Of a DNA stretch of 64,000 bases, positions 25,241-38,200 are shown one piece after another. Source of the DNA: Macrostomum hystrix (Eukaryota; Animalia; Platyhelminthes). A model generated the notes under the pieces. The model did not search any database and was not told the origin of the DNA. It saw nothing but the letters and a program-made list of their open reading frames with translations. The stretch covers positions 3,782,001 to 3,846,000 of the forward strand of contig CATNEN010000030.1 of assembly GCA_950097015.1 (NCBI GenBank), given 5' to 3'. Within the stretch, counting starts at the first letter, position 1. Each line of letters starts with the position of its first letter. Position numbers and translations under genes: made by a program.

Positions 25241-26225
25241 TGGTAGAGTATCTGCACGAAAGCCCTGAGTTGACTATGATTGTTGTTGTGGATTTTTACA
25301 TTCCCAGCTAACTGAGATCAAATGCTTCGCGTCTGTCAATAATCTAGGCCGCTGACTCACCTTTTCTAATCATATGAGCTGTACCCTCAAATTTCATTAA
25401 TTCAAGCCTAGTTACTGCAAATAGTTTTGCTAAAGTTTTTCTTTTTTCTTTTTATTCGTCTTTTTATGGTTTATGATAAGAACCTAGATACCGAATGCTG
25501 TTTTGAAATTAGTCATAGCTAAGTGTCTATTCGCTCACTGTCGTATGAACAAGCAACTCTATAAATTACTAGAGTTCGAAGCCTGTTCTTTAATAAATAT
25601 TCGGACCGAGCTGCGCCAGTAATGCTTGACTAGCAGAATCATAAACCACTACCTCTGCGTGCTGTGTATTAGCTGCATCAACAAGAGACACAAGAAAGTT
25701 ACGGATTAAAATAATGATGTCAAGTTTTTTATTTAGTAAAAGTAATGAATAATATTGTCGTTTCCAACTTTAATGCGACCAAGTTAGTTCAGGGCTGTGG
25801 CATGCTCAAAGTGGTAAAACAATGACAGAATCAATGCAAATAGTGACCTATAGTTAGTACAGACCACTTCAAGTCATTTTCTGGCTTTTTAACGACCAAC
25901 TATTTGATTGCTATAAAAATATCAGTTCTTAAAATTTTGTTAGCTTTCAAGAAGTGGCCATACCTTACAGGCAACAGGTATTCGGATAATTATTTTATAA
26001 TGTGACAGGTGATTCCACGTGCCATTAGCTTTCATATTGTAAAACTTGGCTGACAAGGTGTGAAGAAGAGTGATGTAAACAAACAGAAATGAATAAAATT
26101 TCACCAATAAAAATGTTGTTAGTGACTTGAGACGACGCTGCTAAACTCTAAAAAAACTGATAGTGTGAGTTTTAACGTGTTCAGCTATTGTCTCAATTTG
26201 CTTGGCGGAGCAATCCGCTGCAGCG

Positions 26226-29200
26226 TTACTTGCTGGGCGAGGCCATGATGCACCTGTCGGCTGTCCACAGTCGCATGTGCTCGCTGGCGGTGCCGCCGTG
26301 CAGATCATTGCTCGGATTGCCGTCATTGTTGCCGAATGCGCCGTTCAGGCGGCCGTGATAAAGCGGGTGCACCCCGATTCGGCAAACCTCCACATTCTGA
26401 CCATTCTTCTTGCACTTCACGCGCAGCACATTGAGCAGTTCGGTGGAGAAGTTCACTTCCACGTAGCCTTCACCTGGGCTACGTGAGTAACCATTAGCCC
26501 TAACGTTTAGCTTGGGATTTTCGAAGTCTCTGTTCAATGGAAGGGAAACCTCTTCGCCTGATAATTTGACAATGTTCTGATTAGTGATGACAACATTTCG
26601 ACCACCGAAGCGAATCAACAAGTCGCCAAGCGAGCGGCTGACACCATCCCAGGTGTAGGTCTGGTAGATAGAGAAGTCTCCGTTGAGGAAGTCGTGCGCT
26701 AGCAGGTATCTGCACGGTGAAAGGTTGCGCAGCTGCTTTCCGCCGAATGTCTGGATGTAATCAAGGCTCACTGCGGCCTTGCGGTGGCTGGGAATAAGCA
26801 GTTCTTTCACAATTCCACCAATGCTTTTATCATCGGCATACTTTATAATGGCTCCATCGATCTTGTAATTGATACGGTACATGATCTTCTGACTCCACGA
26901 CATCCAGGGGTAGGTTTGCAGTTCGTCCGGTCTTTTAGCGCTCTGAACAAAGAGGAAAACCGGCAATGGGATGTAGAAAGTGCCATTGACGGCAGCGAAC
27001 GAGCCAGAGTCCGAGCAAGCCTGGTCGCAGTCAAGACGCCAGACACGAACCACGTTGGCGTCGGTGTTGAAGAATTTCTTCATCGCTCGGCTGTAGTAGC
27101 CTTCTAGGAAGAAAGCCAACGATGCTACTAGATTCTCGCCAAAAGCCGATTTGCCAACGATATTGTTCTCCATGTTCCTAACGCTGTTAAACAATGTTTC
27201 ATCGCTTAGGTCATTGAAGTAGCCGCGCCACTGACTAATTTCAAAGGAAAAATTCTCAAAGAAGTCGTAGACTTTAGGCAATTCCCCAAGCGTGTTGACG
27301 AGAATCGGTTGCACAACTTTGCCGAGTTGAGAAAGAAGCTCCGCGGCCGCTGCCTGGATGCAAGCAGTGTACTTCTCCGAAACAAGGCTGAACTTTTCAT
27401 AGGCCCGGCCAAGTGGATACACGGAAGCGATCGCGTTGTACACAATGGACAGAGCGGAACTGCCTGCGCCACCAGTTAAAGTGGACAGTCTGTCCCGGAT
27501 CCTGGAGTCCAAGGTTTGAGCATAGGCGGAGAAATAGGTGCCAATCTGGTCGCTGACGTATTTCGCCGTGGCGAGGGCCGCACTCCAAAGCCTATCTACG
27601 GGGATGCTGTTCAGAGCAGCCGCGGCTGAATCGAACAGTCCGCCGATTAAGTTTCGGATACCCGTGTCGATAGAAGGCAGCGCATCCCCGTATTGCGAGT
27701 TTCGAATAACCGAGACTGAGGCTTCTACGCCGCCCTTGAATATGTAGAATGCTGACGAAATGGCCTTGCCGATTGTGTTGGACATGAACTCGTTGTTATC
27801 GCGCGCCCTAGAAGCCCACCTCTTAAGGGAGTCGATGTCGTTGCTTGAAATAGAAGTTAACATATCGAGAACAACGTCCGTGTCGATGTTCTCTGCGTGG
27901 CTCTGCTTCATGGGCCTAAGCAGGCTGTTGATTGTGCCGATACTGATTGGCAGATTTCCGGCCTTGGCCCACGGGTCAATGAGAACCTCCTTCGCGACGG
28001 TGAACGGCGACTTCTAAAAGGTTAACAAAATTTAAGAAAATGCGACTGGTTTTTAGCTTTAGGCTTGCTTTTGGGTAAAAAAACTTTTTGAGTCATAAGT
28101 AATGAATATATTTTTACAATGAATTATTGTCCCTTTTCTTTAAATTATGCAATCCAATTTTGAAAGACTTACCTTCGTCTGCCTTCGAATTCGCCAGTGT
28201 GACGCATAGGTCAGCGTGTTGTCTTCCTTCAGTTGGAGGCCGACGAAGAAGAAGTCCAGATCAGCGGGCACCGTTTCGGGCTTCCAAAGCTTCATAGAGC
28301 TGTCTGTTTGCATCTCTCCGTTGATGATTCCAAAGTGGATCCTGCGATCGCTGGACAAACCAGCCGAGACTTTAACCATCACCTTCGTTGGCTTGTAGAT
28401 AGGGAAGCTGAGTGCCGATTTAGGGTTCATGAAGCCCTTGCCCGTGTCTAGGGTGGCCTTCCAGACAGACTTGACCCTGTCGCACGTCAGTGTGAGCTGT
28501 CCAGCATTCTTGTTGCTGTCTGAAACGAACAGGGTCACTCTCGACTGCTTGAAGCCTTTGATGTACCGGTAGGAGAATGTAGCGCCGTGGTTGCACTAAA
28601 AAGGATTGCAGTGTAAACATGTGGTCAAGAAACAAGAAATAAAGCGTGAATTTTGCGTTCAAATTAATGCTGTATCGCATTCAAAACTTACTGCAATGGT
28701 GAGCTCCTCAAAAGGAACTGAGCGGATTCGCAAGTGCGAATCAATGGACAGTGACGGTACAATCGCAAAGATATTCACTTCCGTCTCGTACTTTGTTCTC
28801 CTAAGGGTTTCGGCATCAAACACTCGCTTTGAGCTGATTGTGATTCTGGCGTTTGCCTTGAGATCATTCTTTTGCTGAGCAAAAGAAATATTAACCTTCA
28901 TTTGCATGGCAGATTGCACATTATCCCAGTATCGGTTGCAGCTCACCGCCATGGTTACTTGGTCATTTGATTCTTGACCATGCGTCATGGACAAGTCGAA
29001 CCGATTGCTTGTGCGCTTAAATCGCAGCTCTTTCGTGACCTTGTTCTTCAAGAATGGAGCAGCAATTTCCAACTTGTGATAGTAATAGTAGCCGTCATCC
29101 TTGCGCCCCTTTTCGCAGTTGAATTGAATATCGATTTTCTTTTCCAGGTCGGAGTGCATGTCCCAGAATATGGTGAGATTGTACCCGAGCTGCTTTCCTT

Positions 29201-32200
29201 CTTTTCTCATCACGCGCTCATAGCCGACCTTGCGAGTAGGCAAAGTAAGTTGAAGACTTCTCCTGAAGACGTTTGGAACAGTGAAGTCCTTGTTAATAAT
29301 AGCCGAGAAGCCCTCCAGATTGCGTTTGTTGAGGTAGGCCTGAATCTCAGTCTGCACCGTTCCGTTAGCAAGCAGCTTGCAGCTCTCGCTCAGATACATC
29401 TGGCGCCTAGGTGTGGAAATTTCAAAGCTGAAGTCTCGCCAGTAGTTGCCAACGTGCGCAGACACATCCTTAGAGCGGTACTCGGCTAGATAGCTGTTGC
29501 GATTGTCTCCAAACTTTTCCATGGACCAGCGCAGATAGGACTCAGCATTGTACTCCTTGTTGAAGTTGTAGCTGAAATCGGCTTCGATGTATCCCCTCAC
29601 ACATGCCACCTTAAAGGTTGACGGAAATCGTTTATTCTGTCCCCTGAACATTGATTCAAGCTCATAGTAACTGACACCTCCGGCTGTCAAGCTTTCTTTG
29701 TAAGTTATTGTGTAGTTATTGTTTGTTGCATCCTTCAGGTACGAGATCTTCATAACACTGTTAGAAGACCGAAGGCTTTCGATCAACGTCGAAGAGAGTG
29801 CAGTGGTAACATCCATGGTGAATTCCGTGGCTGTGAATTTGTAATTTGTCACATCGCTTACAATACTGATATCTTTTCCTGAGTGCTCCTGGAACTGTAA
29901 TCCATATTTAGCGCCATTTTCGATGCTCTGCTTCCAAATGCGCAGGAAACACGGCACACTTCCAGTAGCTGGTTTCCATTCGCCCTTGAATTCGATCATT
30001 TTCTTTCCGATGGTTTCGTCTGTTGTGTAAGCCACTCCGGCGATGAACATTCCGTTCACTTCCAGACTGAGTTCTGTTGTCGAGGCAACAAACTTTAACG
30101 CGTTTTTCATTTCTAGTCGAATGTCCACAGTCCTAGCTGTAATATCGTAGTTAATAGTTGTGGACTGCTTCAAGTCCGATCCTAATCTCATTACAGTTCT
30201 TAACTGCATGGCGTTCGGGAAATTGCCCAGGTCGTACACCTCTGAGAACTCGAAATCGGAACCCCTTGTGAAACTCATAGTTCCCTTCCTTTCCTCATTG
30301 TCGATATCGAAAAGGGCATTGAAGGGAGTAGCTACTGTGATTGGAATCGAAAATTGAGGCAGCAGATAGAAGACCCTGTTTGCCTCTGGAACGGTGTTGT
30401 GCTCGACTGTAATTCGTACCTTAGCTCTGCTGAGCTCCCAGAAATTCGAAATCTGATAAGTTACTTTCAGTGTGTTCGGAGTTTCGCACGAGCCATACCG
30501 CACATCCATTTGTTGTCCTTGCCTGCTGTATGATACACAGCTAGCTTGGCCGCTAATAGAGAAGCGAATTTCTAGACTGCGAAACACGTTTCCTTCCTTG
30601 CTGCTGGTCCAGGTAATTGTGTTTGAACCATCCGCCGAGCCTGCAGTAACTTGAATTGAGCCTTCCGATGGACTGGTGAATGTGACGGACTGGCCAAGGA
30701 CTTCGCCGGAGCCCGCCGTCACCCGGCCATTCGCGATGGTGATCGTTGCTTCAACCAAACTTTCCGATGCGTACTTAAACTTCCATTGCCCATTCGTACT
30801 GTCTCCTGACCGCAACAAATAGATCTGCATGTTTGGGGAGTTTCCCTTCAAATCAAATCCGAAATAGGCGCCCGGAACTGACAATCTGCTAAGCTGCGGA
30901 TAGGTGTTGCCTGGTGTGACATAAACGAAGTCAATCGATGCGACCTTCACGTTGTTCGATCGGAATTCCATTCCAACGAAATAGTCTGATCCAATCACGG
31001 AATCGCCGATAAAAGCTACGCTCTGCAAGCCAGTTATTTCAGGCGCAAAAGAATTGATGGTAAGCGTAACATTTACCAATCTTGTACTATCAGCAATGAC
31101 TTGCACAGTGCGCTTATAGTCCAAAACTTTAATTCGCTGGTTTTTTTTATCTAAAGTAAATTCGAACGACTGTCTCTGATTATTTTCTGTGATGTCGATC
31201 TGCATCCGCTGAACTGTTGGAAAGGGAGTTGTCACGTTCATGGAGTATTCAAAATCATACATGCTTCTGCCAGTGATTTTGAGCGTTGATTTAATCGGAT
31301 CTGAACCTGGCATCAGGTGATCACTTTTCAGCTCCGTCTCGCTGTTTACGTCAAAGGTTTCGCCCTGAGTGCTTGTGTGCCAATATTTAAGAGCACTCTG
31401 CTTAGCTGGAGAAGCAAGCCATGCCTTGAATCTGAAACCGTTTCCTGGAGCCTTCGGTCCCGCAGAAATATTGAAGCCGTAGTGACCGACATCCCATAGG
31501 GGCGTCTTCATCTGGCTGGAGATCTCAAAAGGCCAGTAGTTTAATTTCACAGAAACCAATCCAAGGCTTTCAGATGTGGTGCCCTGAACCTTAGTCATCT
31601 CCATTTTTGTATCAAACTCTCCTGTCGTCTTAGCATCTAAATTTCCGTTGTAGTCCAACCTGTCCATCGGGAAGGTTGTACCGATCACTTGATCAAGTCC
31701 CGTGAACTCCATATTTCCGGAGTACACGATAGAAAACAGAGACTTGCCATTCCGACCAGATGCTTTGAACCTTCCATTGTCCTTGACTGTCAAGTCCATC
31801 CTTGGGACTCTAAAGCGAACTTGAGAGACGTAGCTCAAAAATCCATCAGATTCCACATTGTATTCCGCAGTGTACGATACTTCCCTGACTGGCAAACTGT
31901 CTGATTTTACACCAATGTACAGCATTTTTGAGTTCAATGTGGCCTGAATGTTGATAAGGTCACCGCCATCAAGAGCTTTTTTGACCACGATGTTGAACGG
32001 CTGTTCACTGCTTGAGGAGAAAGTATTGATACCATAATAGGAACGGAATGGAATCACATCGATGGTGTTGGTGAGATTCAGCTCACTTGTCAGACTTTCA
32101 ATACTCCTTATATTCCTCAATATTCCCAGCCTTCGACCGACTTCAGACTTTTGCAGTCCCAAGTTGTAAGATGCCTTGAAGTCACCGACCGACGATGTAA

Positions 32201-35200
32201 GGCCAAGCGACACATTTAAAGCTGGGTTCGAGACACTTGACGGCTTTGTATCGACAACAATATTCAGGTTGATCTTGCAAGGTGACACATCCTTGTACTG
32301 ATTTGTAATATTCAACTGAACAGCTATTTGACCTTCACGGGAAACTTGAGGAATGAACCGCCCAATGGAGGTAAAATTGTAGTCGCCACTCTTAGACCCA
32401 GTTAGAGACTCCTTCGAGAGTGCGATGCTCAACTGAGGATTCGGTGATTTCTTGAAAATTACCTCAGACGTGAAAAGTTTCTCCCAGTCGTTATCTTTAA
32501 GATAAACTTTATAGACGCGACGATAAATTTCTGTTGATGGGTCAACTTGCTTTGCGAGACGGAACTCCTGGATGAACGAAACTCCGTCGCTTCTAATAAG
32601 CCGCGTGATGTTAAACATGACTCCATGTGTCACAGTCATGTCAATGTAGTTCGTCATTTGAATAGTCATCGACGAGGTGTCCATTTGAAATCCATTTTCT
32701 AACTTGATTTGATAAATGAAATTTTTAACCAGACCGAAAAACCTCTTCAGTTTGAAGCCCTCCCGTCTCGCTTTGAGGAGATAAGAAGTGATTTCCGTGG
32801 CGGTCCGACTACGAGATTCCAGGCTGTAGTCTTGCGCATACATCGCCACGGTGCCGCGAGACCCTCTTCGATCGTAATCGAGCTGATATTGGACTCTGCG
32901 GTTAGCTGTAATCATCGAAAGGCTCTGGTTGACCTGAAGCACTGTCGCTTGGTTCACAGCAACTACAGTCGCAACTCGGAAGAGTATTGACTCTTGATAC
33001 TCAAAAGAGTATTGGTTCTTGAGCAAGAAGGACCGATCGTCGAAGGCTGTGACATTCAAATGGTGACCAAGGACAGTATTGCCTCTAACTGATGTAGGAA
33101 TCGAATAGAACCTGTGCTCTAAATCCAGCAGTACCCTATCGGAATACACCATCTTGGCAACCTGCATGAAATTCATGGATGAGCTGATACTGTCGTAGCC
33201 CGAAGTGTGCCTTAGCTCAAGGGCATGCTTTTTTGATTCAGCTCCAGTGGTCTTGGTTGCCTTCAAATTCAGAAAAACGCACTGATTGTCTAATCTCCAA
33301 CTATCCAGTGGCAGAACCTGTAGAGCCACGAGAGCTTCGGACTGGGAACCCTGAAATTGTAAAATGCACTTTAAGTTATTCTCTATGCATGCGAGCAAAT
33401 ATTTATATCGAAAGTGGCAAAACTGCAAGCTGCTCGAACCCAAAAAGAACAGGGGCCCGCCTTAGTTCCTTAATAGCAAAAAAAATTCTTCTAGATTGTT
33501 AACTCACATCTACATCAGCCGCATACTCCAGCAGGAAAGTTTTAGTGTTAAAGTGCCCGTCCACGACATCATCCTCGCCAAGAACGAATCGGAACTTTGT
33601 CAGACTGGCTGTCTTCCTGTCAGTCTTTGCACCATATTGAACGCTGCCAGTGCCGATTGCCTTATACAGCTGCATAGGTCGGATTGTCTCCTCCAGATTC
33701 AAGTTGATTTCTACATCTAACGCTGACCGTTGCTTTGTGACGCCAAAGTTGAACTTGTGGATTATCGAAACCGTTGACTGGAAAGTGTTTGGCGTACTCT
33801 TGGGAGTGCGGTCGACCCTGGCTGTGAATGTGTGAATGAAGTTCTTGCCATTCTTGTTCGTGACCTCTGTGTTGTAGATCAAGGTCTTTGTCTCGCGATC
33901 TCCGCTGGCTCGTGTGCACACCAGGCGCGACTTGATTGACGTGAGCACACTATTTGCTTTCTCGTGCGTAGCCAAAAAGCTCAGTTCGAAATTTCCGGGC
34001 TCATATTTGGAGAGATGTTTAATACTCAGCTTATCGCTTTCGGGTGTTGTGACAGAAAAGTCAAACTGGAATAGGGGCAGAAATCCAAAAGACTGGAACT
34101 TAGTGATAATGCCCAGCTTCTGTCTCTCTCTGTCTTGCCGATAGAAGTCGCCTTCGAGTCTAAAAGAAAAATGGGAGAAGAGTGTTTAATACAAGCAAAA
34201 CGACCTCCACTGCCTTGGGCCTTACGGTTAAAACTAAGTAGTCACATTTACTATTCAAATTTCTTATCGTTTCAAATTAATCTTCCAGACTTACGAGCCC
34301 GTAAAACAAAGTGTTAAAATTCAGAATTTTAGACTCACTTTGTGCTTCCATCTCCATCTTTGGATCTCGTGCCACGGAACACGTAGTTAGTGCTTCCGAA
34401 CTTCAAGCCAACATTGATGTCGTCGTTCGCTCCGTTAGTTTTGCTCTCAGATTCCCATTTGATTGGTAGAACCGGGTTGGCCAACTCCAGGGTGATCTTT
34501 CGTAGGCCCGTAGATCTTTCTAGAACAAATTGGAACTTCGCGTGCCGGTCGCTGCTTGTCGGGTCACCGAGCACCGCCGTGAAATTACCTTTGCCATCAT
34601 CAATCTTGAGGCTCAAAGTAGCCTCATAACCTCCCAAGCTGTCATCCTTATCGATATAGAGACGGAAGCTGCCGGGATTCTGTCGCACGAACGATAGCGG
34701 ATTGTAGGTCTGCTCGAAGTTCGTCTCTAGGCACAGCTTCCTGCCCAATAGCTTCGTCGTGGCCTCTGTAAAGCACTTCTGTGTAACTGGCGTCAGCTCA
34801 GAAAGCACCGGACTCTCAACAATGTTTTTCGGCCCACTGTGCTGGATGAACTGGATGTCCGTCTTCAACTCCAAGACTTTCTGTCGCTTCTTCAACGGCT
34901 TGAGCTTGTACGAGAACAGAATGTTATCTAGATCAGTGAAGTCGGCCTCAACGCTCATCTTCGCTCCCAAACTTGTAACACCGGATGTTCGGGACGTGAG
35001 TCCAGCTCTTTCGAATCCAGAGTCGACCGTCACGGTTCGCGCCATGTAGACAGACGCTGAAGGCTGCAATTCAAATCCCATGCTCATTTCAACCATAGAT
35101 GACATCCTTAACTGATTCTTAACAGCGAGGTTGAGCAGGTAGTGCATTTCCTTCTTCATCAAGATTGGAAAGCCTGAGATTGTAGGAATGGAAATAGTGG

Positions 35201-38200
35201 TTTCCATTTGGGTTCCTGCTGCTTGAGCACTATAGTCAAAGTTCAAGTCACTGAGTTTCTCCCAGGCAAGCCCTTGCAAGTTCTGCAGATCGACAGTCTT
35301 CATAATCGCTGGTACGGCTCCCAAGATGGCCTCGTCAAAGTTGATGTGCTTTAACTCCATACCATTCTGACGAGTGAACACGTCAAGTCTCTGCTTGATT
35401 GATCCGATCTGGTACTGCTTCTGCTCATCAGTAAGCACCGGTTCAGATGCTTGTCTGCGCTTGCGCCTCATCGGACCGCGATCGCCCTGAATCGCATTGA
35501 AGACCTGCTCCAAAGTGCCCTCCATGCCTTCCATTCGAACGCCAAACTCGAACATATTCACAGACTCCGCACTAAGTGGAGACTCGGTTGTGAAATTGAA
35601 GCTGACAAACCTTGGTACAGCTGACGATCTTGAGTAAATCACGTTGGACTCAACTTCCAGCTTGGACTTCATGGAGGGATTCTTGAACTGATTCAGCCAG
35701 TAGCCAGACACTTGCAGGCCGCCAAGCTTCGAGTTCCTGATAACCCTGCGCTCGTATTCACGCAAGATCGCAGACGCAGTGAAAGAATCCGTCAGTCGGG
35801 ACTGCTTCTTAAGCCACTTGCTCAGGTGGGAATGGATGTAGCGTTGGACGTGCACGTCTTCCCTCTCATCTTGCATAAGTTTCGAGAGCTTCTTGAGCGC
35901 GCGCTCGTCGCTCCAGAAGGATGTGGTTGTGTACCGAACCATGGCCTGGTAGGCGGCGATTCGCAGCTCGGAATCCAGCTCCTTCGTGCCGATGATGCTG
36001 CCCAGCCGCATCAGTTCTGACCCGCTGAGGCTGGGAAAGCGCCTGAGCGAGCGCAGCACAAAGGTGCGAAAAACCACGGAGATGTCGGAGTTTTCCGCGC
36101 AGCTAACCAAGAAGGCGGCGCCACCTTTAGCTCGACCGATGTTGCCGATCGACAGGAGCGCAGTGAAAGCACTTTCAACGACAGTCGGATCGTCAGATCC
36201 AGCCAGTTTGGAACAGTTTGGTCCGAGGGCGTCCGAAAAGTAGGTCAGGACTCTGTCCACCTCTCTGTTGTTCTCACAGTCGCTGTTCAGGGTACAGTAC
36301 CGACCAGTGACGGCGGCCAAAGCCAGCGGAGCGTCCTTCGTTGGCATCATTGATTCTTCCTGCACCTTCTTGGTGTAATTCTAAAACGAATACGGGGCGT
36401 TGTATAATTGTTTGATGCACTTCTATATATTATGGTATTAACATTGTATCTGCTATATGCTTATTATTCTATAGAACATTGATCGCACAGTACAAGCGTA
36501 CATGAATCATTGAAATTGATTGCTATATATAACTTTTTTATTAGCATACTTAAGCCCTTCAACATGAAAGATTATTTGGAAAGTACAGCTTCTAGTATAG
36601 CCGTCTAGTCGAGATTCATTAAAGTTATTGATACACGAGCGAATGTATCGTTATTATCTTGTAGGAACTGATCAATGCTCAATTGAATTAAGCCAAATAA
36701 CATGGAAGGCCTCGAGGGATCGAGCGTGTACCCTCGTAAAAGTGCATGTTTTTTCATCTGTTACGCGCGTAAAATAATATCAGTAAATGGGATAGACACC
36801 AAGTAAAAAATAAGACATTTTATTTTAATTACTCACGAGAACATCGCTGACAATCTCTGGTGTCGGATGCGGCATCATAGCAATGCCATTAACCAACCAG
36901 TTGGAAGTGGCCGCGTCGGGATTCATGCTGTCCATTTCCTTCAGCTGGTTCAGCATAACCTTGACGGAGTAGCGTGTGCCCACAGTCGGCAGGGCGGAGT
37001 AGAGCACGATCCTGGCAGGAGAACATGTGTATCGAAATGTCAGTTGAATGCAACGGGACTGGCCTAAAAAGCCGCTAAAATTAGCTTTAACTCCAGGCAG
37101 CCAATCTCAGCGTTGACTCACTTAAACATGTTGTTGTCTGTGCATGCCGTCTTGCCCCAGTCGAAGAGGGCGTCAAAGTCGCTCTGACTGGTGATGCCGC
37201 GCATGTACTTGATGGCGTCAGCGAACTTGGCCGCCGTCGTGTTCAGCATCTCGTTGGCGCGCGTCTCCTCGCACAGCTGCTCGAGTGTTTGCTGAGCCAG
37301 CGTCTTGAAGTCTGTCGAAGCCACTCCGCTTGACGGTAGCTTCTTCTCGAGGCACTCGTTGCCGGTGTGGAAAATGTCCTCTTCGAACCAGGCCTTGGAG
37401 TCGTGGCAGCTGTCTCCGGTCTTGTGCTGGTGCTTCATGTCGCTCCGGTCGCTGATGTCGAACAGCGTGCTAGCCAGAGAGTCGAGTTTCCTCTCGAAGC
37501 GTAGGCTGGTCTCGACCTTGACATTCTCGCCCTTGCCACTCTCGCCAATGCTGTTGTCAAGGGCGCGGTTCTCTTCGCAGAGGTTCTCCTTGATCACCAT
37601 TGACTGGCCGTCCAGTTCAATCGTGCACTTTAGGCTGCCCTCGACAACAGTGGGCCAGGAGCCGCTGTTCTGCAAAGGGTAGCACGAATTCCTGCTGTCT
37701 AATGACTTGCAGTTAGCCGATAGTCTAGTCTAGTCTATAGTTTGCCGATAATTTGTGTTGAATAACTTTCGCTAGTATTCGCTTAAATTCATATCTTTGA
37801 ATATGAATTATCGATCAATGAAATGGATCTTGTTGCTAATTTATCTCCTCAATTAATAACTTCTGAATCACTCTATCAGTACAATTTTCAAGTAGACAGT
37901 GGATTTCAAATATTTATATTTGTAGGGGCTATCGGCAGTGTTATATCGTTTGATCTGAGTCGAGTCTTAAACACAGATCCCATCTACCGTACACAGGCAC
38001 TCACACAGAGTGTAAAAATAACTATATTTGCAGGAGGGATGTGGGCACTGGCACAAAATTTGGTAACAGTTTGCAGGCAGTGAACACTCTCAAACTTTCG
38101 TATCTTCAGGCAGTGAACACTCTTAAACTTTCGTATCTTCAGGCAGTGAACACTCTCAAACTTTCGTATCTTCAGGCAGTGAACACTCTCAAACTTTCGT

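Noticed and set aside
28659-33443. 1594 aa ORF as a stand-alone or horizontally acquired gene
   Set aside because: It has a proper acceptor at 33351 and donor at 28691 and joins in phase with flanking lipid-transfer exons.
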